From the NCBI RefSeq assembly GCF_006345805.1, contig NC_043001.1:10106001-10170000 (forward strand): a stretch of 64,000 nt of DNA. The letters run 5' to 3'. Below, piece by piece: positions 1-9,883 of the stretch. The notes under the pieces were generated by a model, which made no database searches, was not told where the DNA came from, and saw only the letters and a program-made list of their open reading frames with translations. Each line of letters starts with the position of its first letter. Position 1 is the stretch's first letter. The translations under genes and the position numbers were made by a program. This stretch comes from Octopus sinensis (taxonomy: Eukaryota).

Positions 1-1064
1 TTCTAGATGTGGTTAATAGCCATTTTGAATGATTCACTAAAAAATTTATGATGTAATATATTATAGTAATTTTCATTTCTTTGTTTCTAAATTGACGTAC
101 AATTTCTGTTAAGCGAACTCAGCATTAAAACAGTAGATAACTATTTTTAGGTTTTGCTCCGTAGATTTTTACTTGCTCTGTCAACTCTGAATTGCCATAT
201 AATGGAATTAACTCTTTATTCTTTGTCTTTCCCAACCGATGTATTTTTTTTTTCTAATTCTAGTAGTCTTTGTCAGCTCTTTCTTGTTGTTCTTTATCTT
301 GTTTTCTTCTGAAGTCATTCATCAGACTTTATGGTATCCTCCACAAAGACTAATCAGCTTTACTTTCTGTCTGTCTGTCTTCATTGCATACATTATCACA
401 GCCACACTGCATCATCAAGTCAATATGAAGAGATTTTTCTTTGTGTGTGTGTGTGTTTCTAGTTAAAAATAATTAATATTCTTAATCTGGCTATTACCAT
501 TAATTACATGACCTAAATAAACAGACGTAACTAATTGGTTCCGATGAAATTGCCTTTGCCGGGGAATATTAATTTCTCTCTCTCTCTCTCTCTCATACTT
601 AGCATTCAACCTCATTAATATTTTGAATATATCTTGATAAATATTGGTAAAAACTTGGAATATGATACTTTTCTTTTTGAACATTTGAAAATAAAAAAAA
701 AAACGTCAAAGATGTAGTTGTCAGCTGTAACAACAGTAATTAAAGTGTAAGCAAAGTAAATTTTTTTAAAAGTTGCCTGGAATAAGGAAACTGAGCTTCT
801 TACGTTTATAATAGGGAAGAATTGATTTGCTATTTGAGTGGCAAATTTATTTTAAACTACTAAATGTTTTCATAACATCTTTAATAAATCAAAAAATCAT
901 TAGATTCTGTACCACTTTTATGCAGCAGTAAGTGGACTTATCTTGACTCTTTGCTTCCAGTCAACTACAGCATCTCTGCGGTTTCGTGCATGTGTGATTA
1001 TAAATATTTGTGTGACTGTAAGATCAAGAAATAACATCTGTAGAGTCGAAGTATCTTGCTGTAT

Positions 1065-1163
1065 TCACTTAGGATCAGCAAGATCAGATTTCAAAGATTC
1101 CTCAGATTCCATCAGTGCCAACTTGGCTCTTCCGTTTTTTCTCAGGTTTAACAAATTAAGTAC
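1065..1163 (-). CDS. Candidate terminal coding exon (VLNLLNLRKNGRAKLALMESEESLKSDLADPK*), product unknown
   Basis: Minus-strand acceptor ...ctgatcccactacttaacag| at 1164-1165, with an in-frame stop immediately upstream of the AG. 32 open codons follow, then TGA at 1065-1067. No homology recognised. Confidence 0.3.
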   Translation of the reverse strand, partial: VLNLLNLRKNGRAKLALMESEESLKSDLADPK

Positions 1164-1249
1164 CTGTTAAGTAGTGGGATCAGTTTAAATGATTTCAACC
1201 ATTCCAAATAACTTTGCAGTACTGTCTGAATATTAAAAATTAATATTTC

Positions 1250-1402
1250 ACGGAGTGGTTGGCGTTAGGAAGGGCATCCAGCAGTAGAAACACTGCCAGA
1301 TCAGACTGGAGACTGGTGCAGCCTCTTGGCGTCCCAGACCCCAGTTGAACCATCCAGCCCGTACTAACACGGAAAACAGATGTTAAACAATGATGATGAT
1401 GA
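1250..1402 (+). mobile_element. SINE-B 3' part with (GAT)n tail
   Basis: ggagtggttggcgttaggaagggcatccagc...gttaaacaatgatgatgat; matches many other copies in the window. Confidence 0.85.
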
Positions 1403-1592
1403 AATGAAAACCCATCATCTTGGATATTATCATCACCATTGTTTTAGCCATCATTGCTGTTTTAATGTCTACTTTTCCAGTTTATAGAGGCAAATTTCCT
1501 ATGGACAAGATGCCCTTCCTGTCACCAGTCCTTACCATTTTCCATACTATTTATTATTTCCTCATGGCCAAACATATTTTGTAGAATATTGG

Positions 1593-1594
<2 letters not shown>

Positions 1595-1631
<37 letters not shown>
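1595..1631. repeat. (TA)n microsatellite
   Basis: Direct dinucleotide run. Confidence 0.95.
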
Positions 1632-1634
<3 letters not shown>

Positions 1635-2100
1635 GAAATTTATAGGAAAACAAAAGATGAAGACACGTGTATGAACAACAAGCAAGTGTATTAGTTTGAT
1701 GCTTGGGAAAAATGGAAAAGGCTTTTACATTTCGAGCTTATACTCTTCAGCAGAAAGGAATAAGAGAAAATAAACAGAGAAAACACAAAAAAACTTGTAG
1801 ATTTCAGCAATCTAGCATGGCAAAACACACACCACACATGGGTGTGTGTTAAAAGTAAATGAGGCAAAAGGAAGAGTAAGAACGGTTAGGCAACTTTTTA
1901 ATAATCACTACAAATGTTTCAATACATACGGATCCATGTATATACAGGATTTAAATTTGAATTAAATTATGTAATGATTTACCTGTATAAGAAGATCTAT
2001 ATGTATTTCCTCAGGTGATATTTAATTGCTGTCTCCATAAGTAAATCTAGATTTCCATGCTACAGCATCCATGGCTCCTTTAAATTTAACTTTAAATCCT
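1632..2100 (-). mobile_element. Decayed Penelope-like element (pLTR-like) remnant inserted at (TA)n
   Basis: Begins directly at the TA run and carries a minus-strand hammerhead-like motif. The Penelope-like assignment is inferred from that motif. Confidence 0.45.
1722..1757 (-). ncRNA. Degenerate minimal type I hammerhead ribozyme motif
   Basis: Minus strand CTTT-CTGCTGA-A-GAGT-ATAA-GCTC-GAAAT-GTA-AAAG. Helix I is CTTT/AAAG, helix II is GAGT/GCTC, and the cleavage triplet is GUA. Two deviations from consensus (A6C, C15.2U). Confidence 0.6.
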
Positions 2101-2103
2101 ATA

Positions 2104-2406
2104 GTTCCAGATTCAGACCAACTGAGTGGAACCTTGGCCAAGTGACTTCCATTTTAGCTTCAGGCTGACCAAAGCCTTGTGAGTGAATTTGGTTGATGGA
2201 AACTGAAAGAAGCCTGGCAGGTGTGATATATATATATATATACACATATATATATCTATATATACACTCTCGGAGTGGTTGGCGTTAGGAAGGGCATCCA
2301 GCTGTAGAAACACTGCCAGATCTGACTGGCCTGGTGCAGCCGTCGGGCTTGCCAGACCCCAGTTGAACCGTCCAACCCATGCTAGCATGGAAAGCGGACG
2401 TTAAAC

Positions 2407-2493
<87 letters not shown>

Positions 2494-2654
2494 GTGTGTG
2501 TGTTTATTTCCCCATAACTTAGTTCAGTAAAACAGACCGATAGAATAAGTGCTGGTCTTGAAAAGTAAGTACCGAGGTCAATGCATTCAACTAAAAAGTC
2601 CTCAAGGCCATGCTGCAGCAATGGTAGTAGTCCAATGACTGAAACAAGTAAAAG
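2104..2654 (+). mobile_element. Old SINE-A copy interrupted by a SINE-B insertion in its internal (TA)n
   Basis: 5' module (aaagccttgtgagtgaatttgg...gaaactgaaagaagcc) at 2104-2225 and 3' module (gatagaataagt...gactgaaacaagtaaaag) at about 2500-2654 flank the SINE-B. Confidence 0.7.
2263..2447 (+). mobile_element. SINE-B, young copy with long (GAT)n tail
   Basis: Near-consensus ...ccgtccaacccatgctagcatggaaagcggacgttaaacg(atg)n. Confidence 0.9.
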
Positions 2655-3907
2655 CTAAAAGAATATATATGTATGTACATACGTGTGTGTGTATGTCCTG
2701 TTTTTGTTACCACTTTAACCCTACCCTCCGCAAAAAATCCCAAAATAATTTGCTTTGTGGGATGGACTATTTTAACAAAGTTGTGTCTTTGAGATGTGGA
2801 GTTGATAAAACGGGGGACAACTGATGAAGGGAATGTTCTTTATGTTGCCTGCCTCATTTCTCTCTTTGTTTCTTTTGTTGTTCGAAAAATGTTTGTTTCT
2901 ATGTTTTTGTTTTTTCTCATTTTGTCTACGTTTTTTGATGTCCTGTACCCATATATGCATGTATATATACATATATATCTAGATATATACATACATGTAT
3001 GTATATATGCATACATTTATATATTATTTATATTATTATATGATCAAATGCCACACATCCATTTCCAAGTAAATTATATATATATATATATATATATAAA
3101 TATAGAATATGAAAGATATCTCTACAATACAGCAGATGTATGTGAGGTATTGAAATGTTGTGGGTTAGAAAATATAGAATCTATAGAAAATGAAATCTAA
3201 AGTGACGCAAGTTACAGATCAATAACTTCTTGCATTTGTGCAAATCTTCAACAACGAGGAGAGCATATCCATTGTCCATTTTTAATGAGTTTATTAAGAA
3301 GATTGTGTTTAGTGTGCAAACATATGCATGGTGATGTTTTCATAATGTTTATTTTCTGAAGATTATTGAGGAAAGAACTTGCTGACATGTTTTATTGTCT
3401 TCCATTTGTTAGGAATTCAATTTTTAACAGCACTGCCAATATATAATGTCAGGATCATTTGTTTGAATAACAGCATCAAGTTTAATAAATAAGCAATCTT
3501 TTACTAATGACATTTTAAGTTAACTCTCTAACAGTTTTTTCCTTCAATTTCTATACATCACGTACTTACCATAATAAGCATTTGCTTTTATTTATCTATA
3601 CGCATTTGAATATAATATTTTATTGTAAACATATTTATTCAGTATATTTTCTCTGTGGTTCAGAACCCCCAAATCAAATATTACTTCAATTTTTGTTCAT
3701 GCCAAAAAAAATGTCTATAAGGAATCATCTTAGCTATTAAAGAATGTAAGAATTAGAAACATAACTCTAAAATGAATACTTTCTCTGCTCCCTATAGGGA
3801 GGCACTAAATGGTCTTTAGCTATCTCTTTAATGCATCTTATTGCAACATCCTACCGAACCCAATAAAATTGTTTTATCTGAATGTGCAGGTCATTGTTAC
3901 AGGTGAA

Positions 3908-4274
3908 TTAATAATAATAATAATAATGATAATAATAATGATGAAATTATTGTATACAGTGCTCAGGTGCACCACAACTTGTCAAAAGTGCATATAAAGC
4001 ATATGCAGTAATGCACAAATGTCTGGGAAGTGAACAGTGTATGAATCAGGTGCATGCTTGCGTGTGTATGGAGGGGAGAAAATCAGGTGTAGTGTTGGCG
4101 AATCTCAGGAAGCATGGAAGTTTTGAAGGATGCTGTGCTCTGACAACTAACAATTGATGCCGGCAGTTTGTTCCATGCTTCAGCAACTCTTAGCGTGAAA
4201 AAATATTTCCGAAAGTCAGTATCTTTGAATGTGCTAAACAGAAAATATAACAATTGCTTAATTCTTGTCATACT
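3908..4274 (-). mobile_element. CR1/L2-like LINE 3' end (RT C-terminus, 3' UTR, microsatellite tail)
   Basis: ORF 4083-4271 encodes RKYFFTLRVAEAWNKLPASIV...FK, typical of CR1-clade RT C-termini. Tail at 3908-3945. A second partial copy lies at 58165-58372. Confidence 0.75.
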
Positions 4275-4460
4275 TAAAAAAAAAAAAAAAAAAAAAGCGC
4301 AATAAATATTGGCTGGTGCCTTATAACATTAGTTGAAATCTACTGGAAATGTGGATGGGTAGGACGCTTAAGTTGCTGACATTGTCATTTCGCTGAGCTT
4401 TCTACTTTGTCAGCTTCTTCATAGATAAGTATGCTGTCTATGGAAAAATTTATTTCTTAC

Positions 4461-4500
4461 ATGGAAGTTATTAGTGGTTTCATGTACCTTTGTTCTTTTT
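4461..4500 (-). CDS. Candidate 40-nt internal exon (KRTKVHETTNNFH)
   Basis: Acceptor ttaactataaattttttttag| and donor CAT|gtaaga. Open in one frame; phase-compatible with 7160-7216 upstream and 1163 downstream. Confidence 0.3.
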
Positions 4501-5939
4501 CTAAAAAAAATTTATAGTTAATTCTCTAAGAACTGAGAGCTGAACATTTAACAAATTTGGCTGCTTTGGATTATATAAAACCAGATAACAATAACTTAGC
4601 AATCCTATCATCAAATACAGCCAAATTTAGCAGTTCAACTCTATAGAATCCCAGTTTGTATGTGTTTTCATATATTTTTTTTAAAATGTCCTTTACAGGA
4701 AAATAATAAAAATATAATACATAAAAAAAAAAAACAAATCTGATTCAATATTTGAAATACATACTGATTTTTTTTTCTTTAATTTTATTCTGCTCTTCAC
4801 TTTTTCTATTGACTTTTTTAATATTTTTGCTTCGCATGTTGATATATATATGTGAATGCAATTTATTCAACCGTATCTTTGCCAGGATGACTTTTGACAA
4901 AAGGTTTTTAAAATCAGTTTCAAATACATTTTTTAAAAAAATCTTTATCCTGCTTCTATTTCAACTTTTTGTGCTGCATTAGATTTCAAGATCCAGTAAT
5001 ATATTTTCATAGCAAAAGACAGAAAACCCAGCTGTAAATTAATTTTACTTATAAAATGCCTATAATAAATGGCCTACAAATTAAGGTATTGAGCTGTGAA
5101 TGTTGTACATTCAGTTAAATTAATCTGTTATAGATTTAAAATTGTTTTTGTTTTATGATAGTTATCTTGGCAGTTCAGACTATAAATTTATGGATGGTTT
5201 ATGGTTTTAGAAATTAAAATTTGTAATTGAAATATTTTAGAATGTATATACATTTATACACTAGGAAACAAATAAAAAATACAATGTTCATCAACTTCAT
5301 TAATCTAGGAAATTTATTTTAAGTATTAAAATGTAACTATGCATATGTAAATGTTTTTTGACACTTAAAAAAAAATTTGGAAATTATAACCATAAAAAAA
5401 TAATATAGCAACCAAAATTTTAATTACTCCTCAAATTACTGTGATCAATAACTACTGGTAATTAATTTTCTTTTAGATTATCTAGTGTTAAGAAACATTC
5501 ATTTTAGATTTAATAGATTTTTCAAAACCCTGATACTACCTAGAATCAATACAAATATAAAATTGACATTATCATTTGTCACACACGTTTATTTTTTTTT
5601 ATTTTATAAAATTCTTAATCCTTTGACTATAAAATATTGATATATGCTTTAGATTTCATTATCTTTCATCTTCATTGATTTACTATTGAAAAACATTTTG
5701 GCTAGATTTCTTTTAGAATATATATTTACTTATTTCTGTAAACATATTTGACATCTGGTCCGTATTGATTATATACTATGTATGACAAGAACTTCAATGT
5801 CGTTGATGTGTAAATGATCTCTGAACATAACCCCTTCTTGTATGTTTAGTTCTAAAGATAAGTATTTAATTATATCTCAGGTATTTGGCATTTTGGAGTA
5901 TGTTTTGAGTACAGTTTTTAGTTTCTCTTTTGCTCATAG

Positions 5940-5982
5940 GCTTTATCAACAGAGTTTTTCAACCTTAGATGGCTTTTTAATG
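5940..5982 (+). CDS. Candidate 43-nt exon (ALSTEFFNLRWLFN or LYQQSFSTLDGFLM)
   Basis: Strong polypyrimidine acceptor tttttagtttctcttttgctcatag| and donor ATG|gtacgt. Two frames are open. Unique sequence. Confidence 0.35.
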
Positions 5983-7159
5983 GTACGTATTGAGTCAGAC
6001 TTCACTTATGTCTCACTAATCTCTGTAGATGCTCTGAAACCCACAGCCACAGCGTTGCAGACGTTAGGCTGGAGAGTGCATTACGCACACTTTTCTATAT
6101 TAATTCATTGAGTGGACTGTGACAATCAAGAAATGATTTTCCATTTTTCACTATGTGGTCAATTCACCTGCAATCAGAGTCTGTTTAGTGCCGTCACGTA
6201 TGATCTATAACACCAGCTGCAACAGAAAATTAGTTTAATCAACTAGTGTATACCTGTCTCAAAAACCTGATAATCTATAGGTTAGTCATTGGATCAGATT
6301 TTGTACTTATTTTAAGAATATTGATTCTATGGATGCTTTGTATGTGGTAGTTGGCTAGAGTGGATGAAAGAGGCTGTGATCCTATGAAGCTGGAGTAACA
6401 GTATGCAGCAATGTTGTTGGTATGTAATTAGATATGTATTTGTATGTAGCTAGTGTGTTTAAGTGGTCTTTTAGTCTGAATATTTTTTCTTTATATTTTT
6501 TGGTATGTATGCATTGAGTAGTGTGTGTGTGTGTTGGCAAATTTCAATATTTATCTTTGAGGTAGCATACCTAAGCAGAAATGGCATAGTTGACAAAGGG
6601 TAATTTATGTATGGCTTATAAACTATTATGATAGTTCTCTCAATGAATACTGATTAAGAAGAGGAACAAGCCAAGTATTATCCATTAGATGTTTAATGTT
6701 ATGAAAAGCAGAGTGCTGGTGACATGAAAGAGTAGCTGGGCATTAAAATTATTAACCAATATATGCAGCAGCAATGATTTCACTGGTGTGAGCTTGTGAT
6801 GTAAACAGGCAATGAATGCTTGGTGAAAAATGCTTTTAGTTGTTAGTGGATGTTACTTATGGTAGAGGGAAACCTGGAAAGAAGCAGTGAGGTTAAATTC
6901 CATAATTTGGGTTGACAGTATTGACACACGTGATTTTCGTTTTGGCAAACCTGTCTAACCCATGCAAGCAATGGAAAAATAACACTAAAATGATGGTGGT
7001 AGGAATGATGGTAATGTAAGTAATGTCTAAGATTTATATGGAATGTTCTTCTTTGTTTAAAGAGGTGTAGAAAAAGAAATCTGAAATGTATTTGGAATAA
7101 CTGTATTGTCATTTACAACTGTTGTAATGAGATTCTAAAACTGTTCAGCTATTACTTAC

Positions 7160-7216
7160 ATGTTCTTATATGTAGGAACCAAATCTGTCGGCTTTAGTTT
7201 CATATTTTGATATAAT
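7160..7216 (-). CDS. Candidate 57-nt symmetric exon (LYQNMKLKPTDLVPTYKN)
   Basis: Donor CAT|gtaagt; weaker acceptor gattttcaacag|. One open frame. Confidence 0.25.
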
Positions 7217-8389
7217 CTGTTGAAAATCTCTTTTTAATGAAGATAAGTCATTGTTGCCAATACAACACAACTAAATCCAATGGTATCTTTGAGTAAACTG
7301 CCTCAGCTAACACTATTTATAATACTATATTCAATGTTATGTACAAAAATCAAAGATTTTATTTCTTTAAACTATGGATATCAATTTTATGTTTTTTTAC
7401 ATGAACCTATTTTGATAACATTCATAATAAGACTTTTCCCAAATGGATATCAATACGCAATGAACAAAAGCCTACTTTAATTTTGGAATCAGAAATAAAT
7501 TTTTTTAAAATCTCCTCATGATCAAACAGAAAATTAATTAATCTTTTATTGTTTTTTTTTTCTTTCATTTGGTTTATTTTAATAGCTGAACTAAAACTGG
7601 TGATTGTAATGTATGTTATTAAATCATTAAATGAAACTTCGTTAGTAAACTATTAGGAATGGCGCTTATTAGATTAACAGAATGTTCCTTATTTCTAGAT
7701 ATTCCATAGAATCAAATTTGGGATCCACTGTAAATTTAGCTAACAGCTATAGAGACTAGAACGGAATCAGTTTTGTTTGGTTCCAGATAGGTTTTTAACT
7801 TCAGAAAATCATTCTGCAGACAGTCGCATGTTTACTGATTCACTCCGCTACTATAAAAGCAAGTTAGTTGCTTAATTATAGAAACTAAACTGCACTGATA
7901 ACAATCAGTATTTATTTAAAAATAGTCTGCCGTTCTATTTCTAAACTCATTTTCTCAGTTCACGTCTCTCTTTTCTCCACAACTTCCATTGTGAACCATC
8001 TTGCTCTTTTTTACGTCAATGTGTGGTGGGTATGTATAGTGTGTGCATTATTGTTTTTTTCTTAATTAAATGGTTACATTTCTATGTCAACTTTCTTTTA
8101 TCATATTCTTTCTTGAAATTCTACTAAACTCTTATGTTATCCGTTTCTTTTCTTTTCTGTTTAGTTTTTCACAGAGCTAGCTCCACCATTACACTTAAAA
8201 CTATAGATAATGGTCACTTTCATCAAAAGCTATCTTATTGTTTTTCTTTCTATATAGCTATGCTTTATTTTCTTAAAATGCTTAATGTCTGTGTTTGAAC
8301 TTTCTTTTGCATTCATTAACTATCTTCTGTTTCATTCTGTTTCCATTGCGTCAATGGATTTAGATCCATTGAAAATTTTGTTATGCTAG

Positions 8390-8428
8390 CTAATCATTTT
8401 TTTCTAACTTCATTTTTTTCAGGTGAGT
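8390..8428 (+). promoter_or_regulatory. 3' splice site fused to a 5' splice site (recursive-splice-like motif)
   Basis: ctaat (8390) and ctaac (8404) branch-like motifs, then a polypyrimidine tract, then CAG|GTGAGT with the junction at 8422/8423. Confidence 0.45.
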
Positions 8429-8721
8429 CGGTTTAATGTACAACTTTACTGCATTGACTTAACCAGCCTATTGAACTTGTTAAGTATAGTTAAATTTTTA
8501 TTCTTCTACAAATATCTTTGGTACCTTTTATATTTCTAATTAATTTTGCTTTTTTTTTGTTTTTGCTTTTTTCACTTATTCTGATTTAAAAAAAAAATTA
8601 CTAACACTGATTTTTTTTGTGGGGAGGACATGAAAAAGCCATGTTAAATAAAATGGAAATAGTTGATCGATTTAATTTCTGTAATGTTTTTCTTTGTACT
8701 GTCTCTTCTAATGTAGTTCAC

Positions 8722-8762
<41 letters not shown>

Positions 8763-9344
8763 AGAGAGAGACTGAGTAACTGACTGTGTAAGTGAATTTC
8801 AGGATGCACGTATTGTGTTGGTGGTAATAAAGGTTTTATAGATTGATAAAATTGATATGATGGCTGTTTCCTCCAACTGGTGTGTCTCTTTACTTGTGGT
8901 TGGAACCTCATGGCTGGATTCTATGATGCTAGCTCATTAGCTTGTACTGATCAGTAGCTGATTAAATCCCCTCTGTACTTGAGTGAAATGCAGTTCTATT
9001 GACCGTAGAAGGATGAAAGGAATGGTGACATAATATAATTTGAAACCAGAATATAAAACATGTGAATGAATACGGAATGGCATTTTGCCCAAGGTTGGCT
9101 CACTACCCTAATTTCTTGACCATATTGATAATACTAATATTTATGCTTCTTCCTATAATAATTTGTGAACTGTATAATTTATTACAGTTGGTGTTTGATA
9201 TAATAATTATGATGATGATAATGGTTTGTGGTCAAGCATCCTTGTTTGGTATGCTATTAAAGAATCATCTGTTGAGAGAATTTTCTTTTCTGTGTAGTTA
9301 TTTTAAGTACTATAGATTTTCAAATGTTTTCTTTTATATATAAT

Positions 9345-9883
9345 ACGAGCAAAACGCTCCTCCCATCCAATGGACGGTGCTGAGTTGTCAAATATTTAAA
9401 CCAAATTTTCTCAAAACAAACTTGTCGACCGTCTCATAGGCCTCCCCTTTGAGAAACACTGATTTAACCTAAATTTGAGACACCAGCAAAAGAAGAAAGA
9501 TAGACTTTTTTCTATTCCAAAGAAAAATGATTTTATTCACACAAATATGCAACCGAAGAGTTTAAATTACCAGTAATGATAAGGCTGTTGACTGGGAGAA
9601 CACAAACATTGTTTAAACAGAAAGCTTCACATGAAAGAAACGTGCTTTTAAGCAATACAAAAACAACAAAAAATGGAAGGTGCAGTTATGTACAGGCTGA
9701 TGGAAGAAAAGCTTTATCGATCGCATTCTCACTTGGAATCGATTTTTGTGATTTTTTCAAAACTTATACACGCCCTAATAATGTTGGTATCTACATATCA
9801 ATTTTGAATGCAATCAGATGGAGGATGCCCGAGATCCTAAAAAACACACATACAGACGGACAGAACAGATTTTATATAATAGA
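9345..9883 (-). mobile_element. Non-autonomous Helitron-like element
   Basis: Minus strand starts A|TCTATTATATAAAATCTGTTCTGTCCGTCTGT and ends with hairpins CCGTCC-ATT-GGATGG and GAGC-GTTTT-GCTC. A hAT-like terminus (tttgagaaacactg) is nested near 9460. Confidence 0.55.

Noticed and set aside
394-415. miR-2-family-like TATCACAGCC
   Set aside because: Only the first 10 nt match and there is no complementary arm to form a pre-miRNA hairpin.
1975-1998. Minus-strand AG|GTAAAT recursive-site-like motif
   Set aside because: It lies inside a decayed mobile-element remnant and has a short pyrimidine tract.
3788-3801. 14-bp palindrome CTCCCTATAGGGAG
   Set aside because: A few such palindromes are expected by chance in 64 kb, and there is no associated feature.
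5940-5982. bHLH-PAS-like LDGFLM peptide
   Set aside because: Too short, with no neighbouring PAS exons; no gene symbol is justified.
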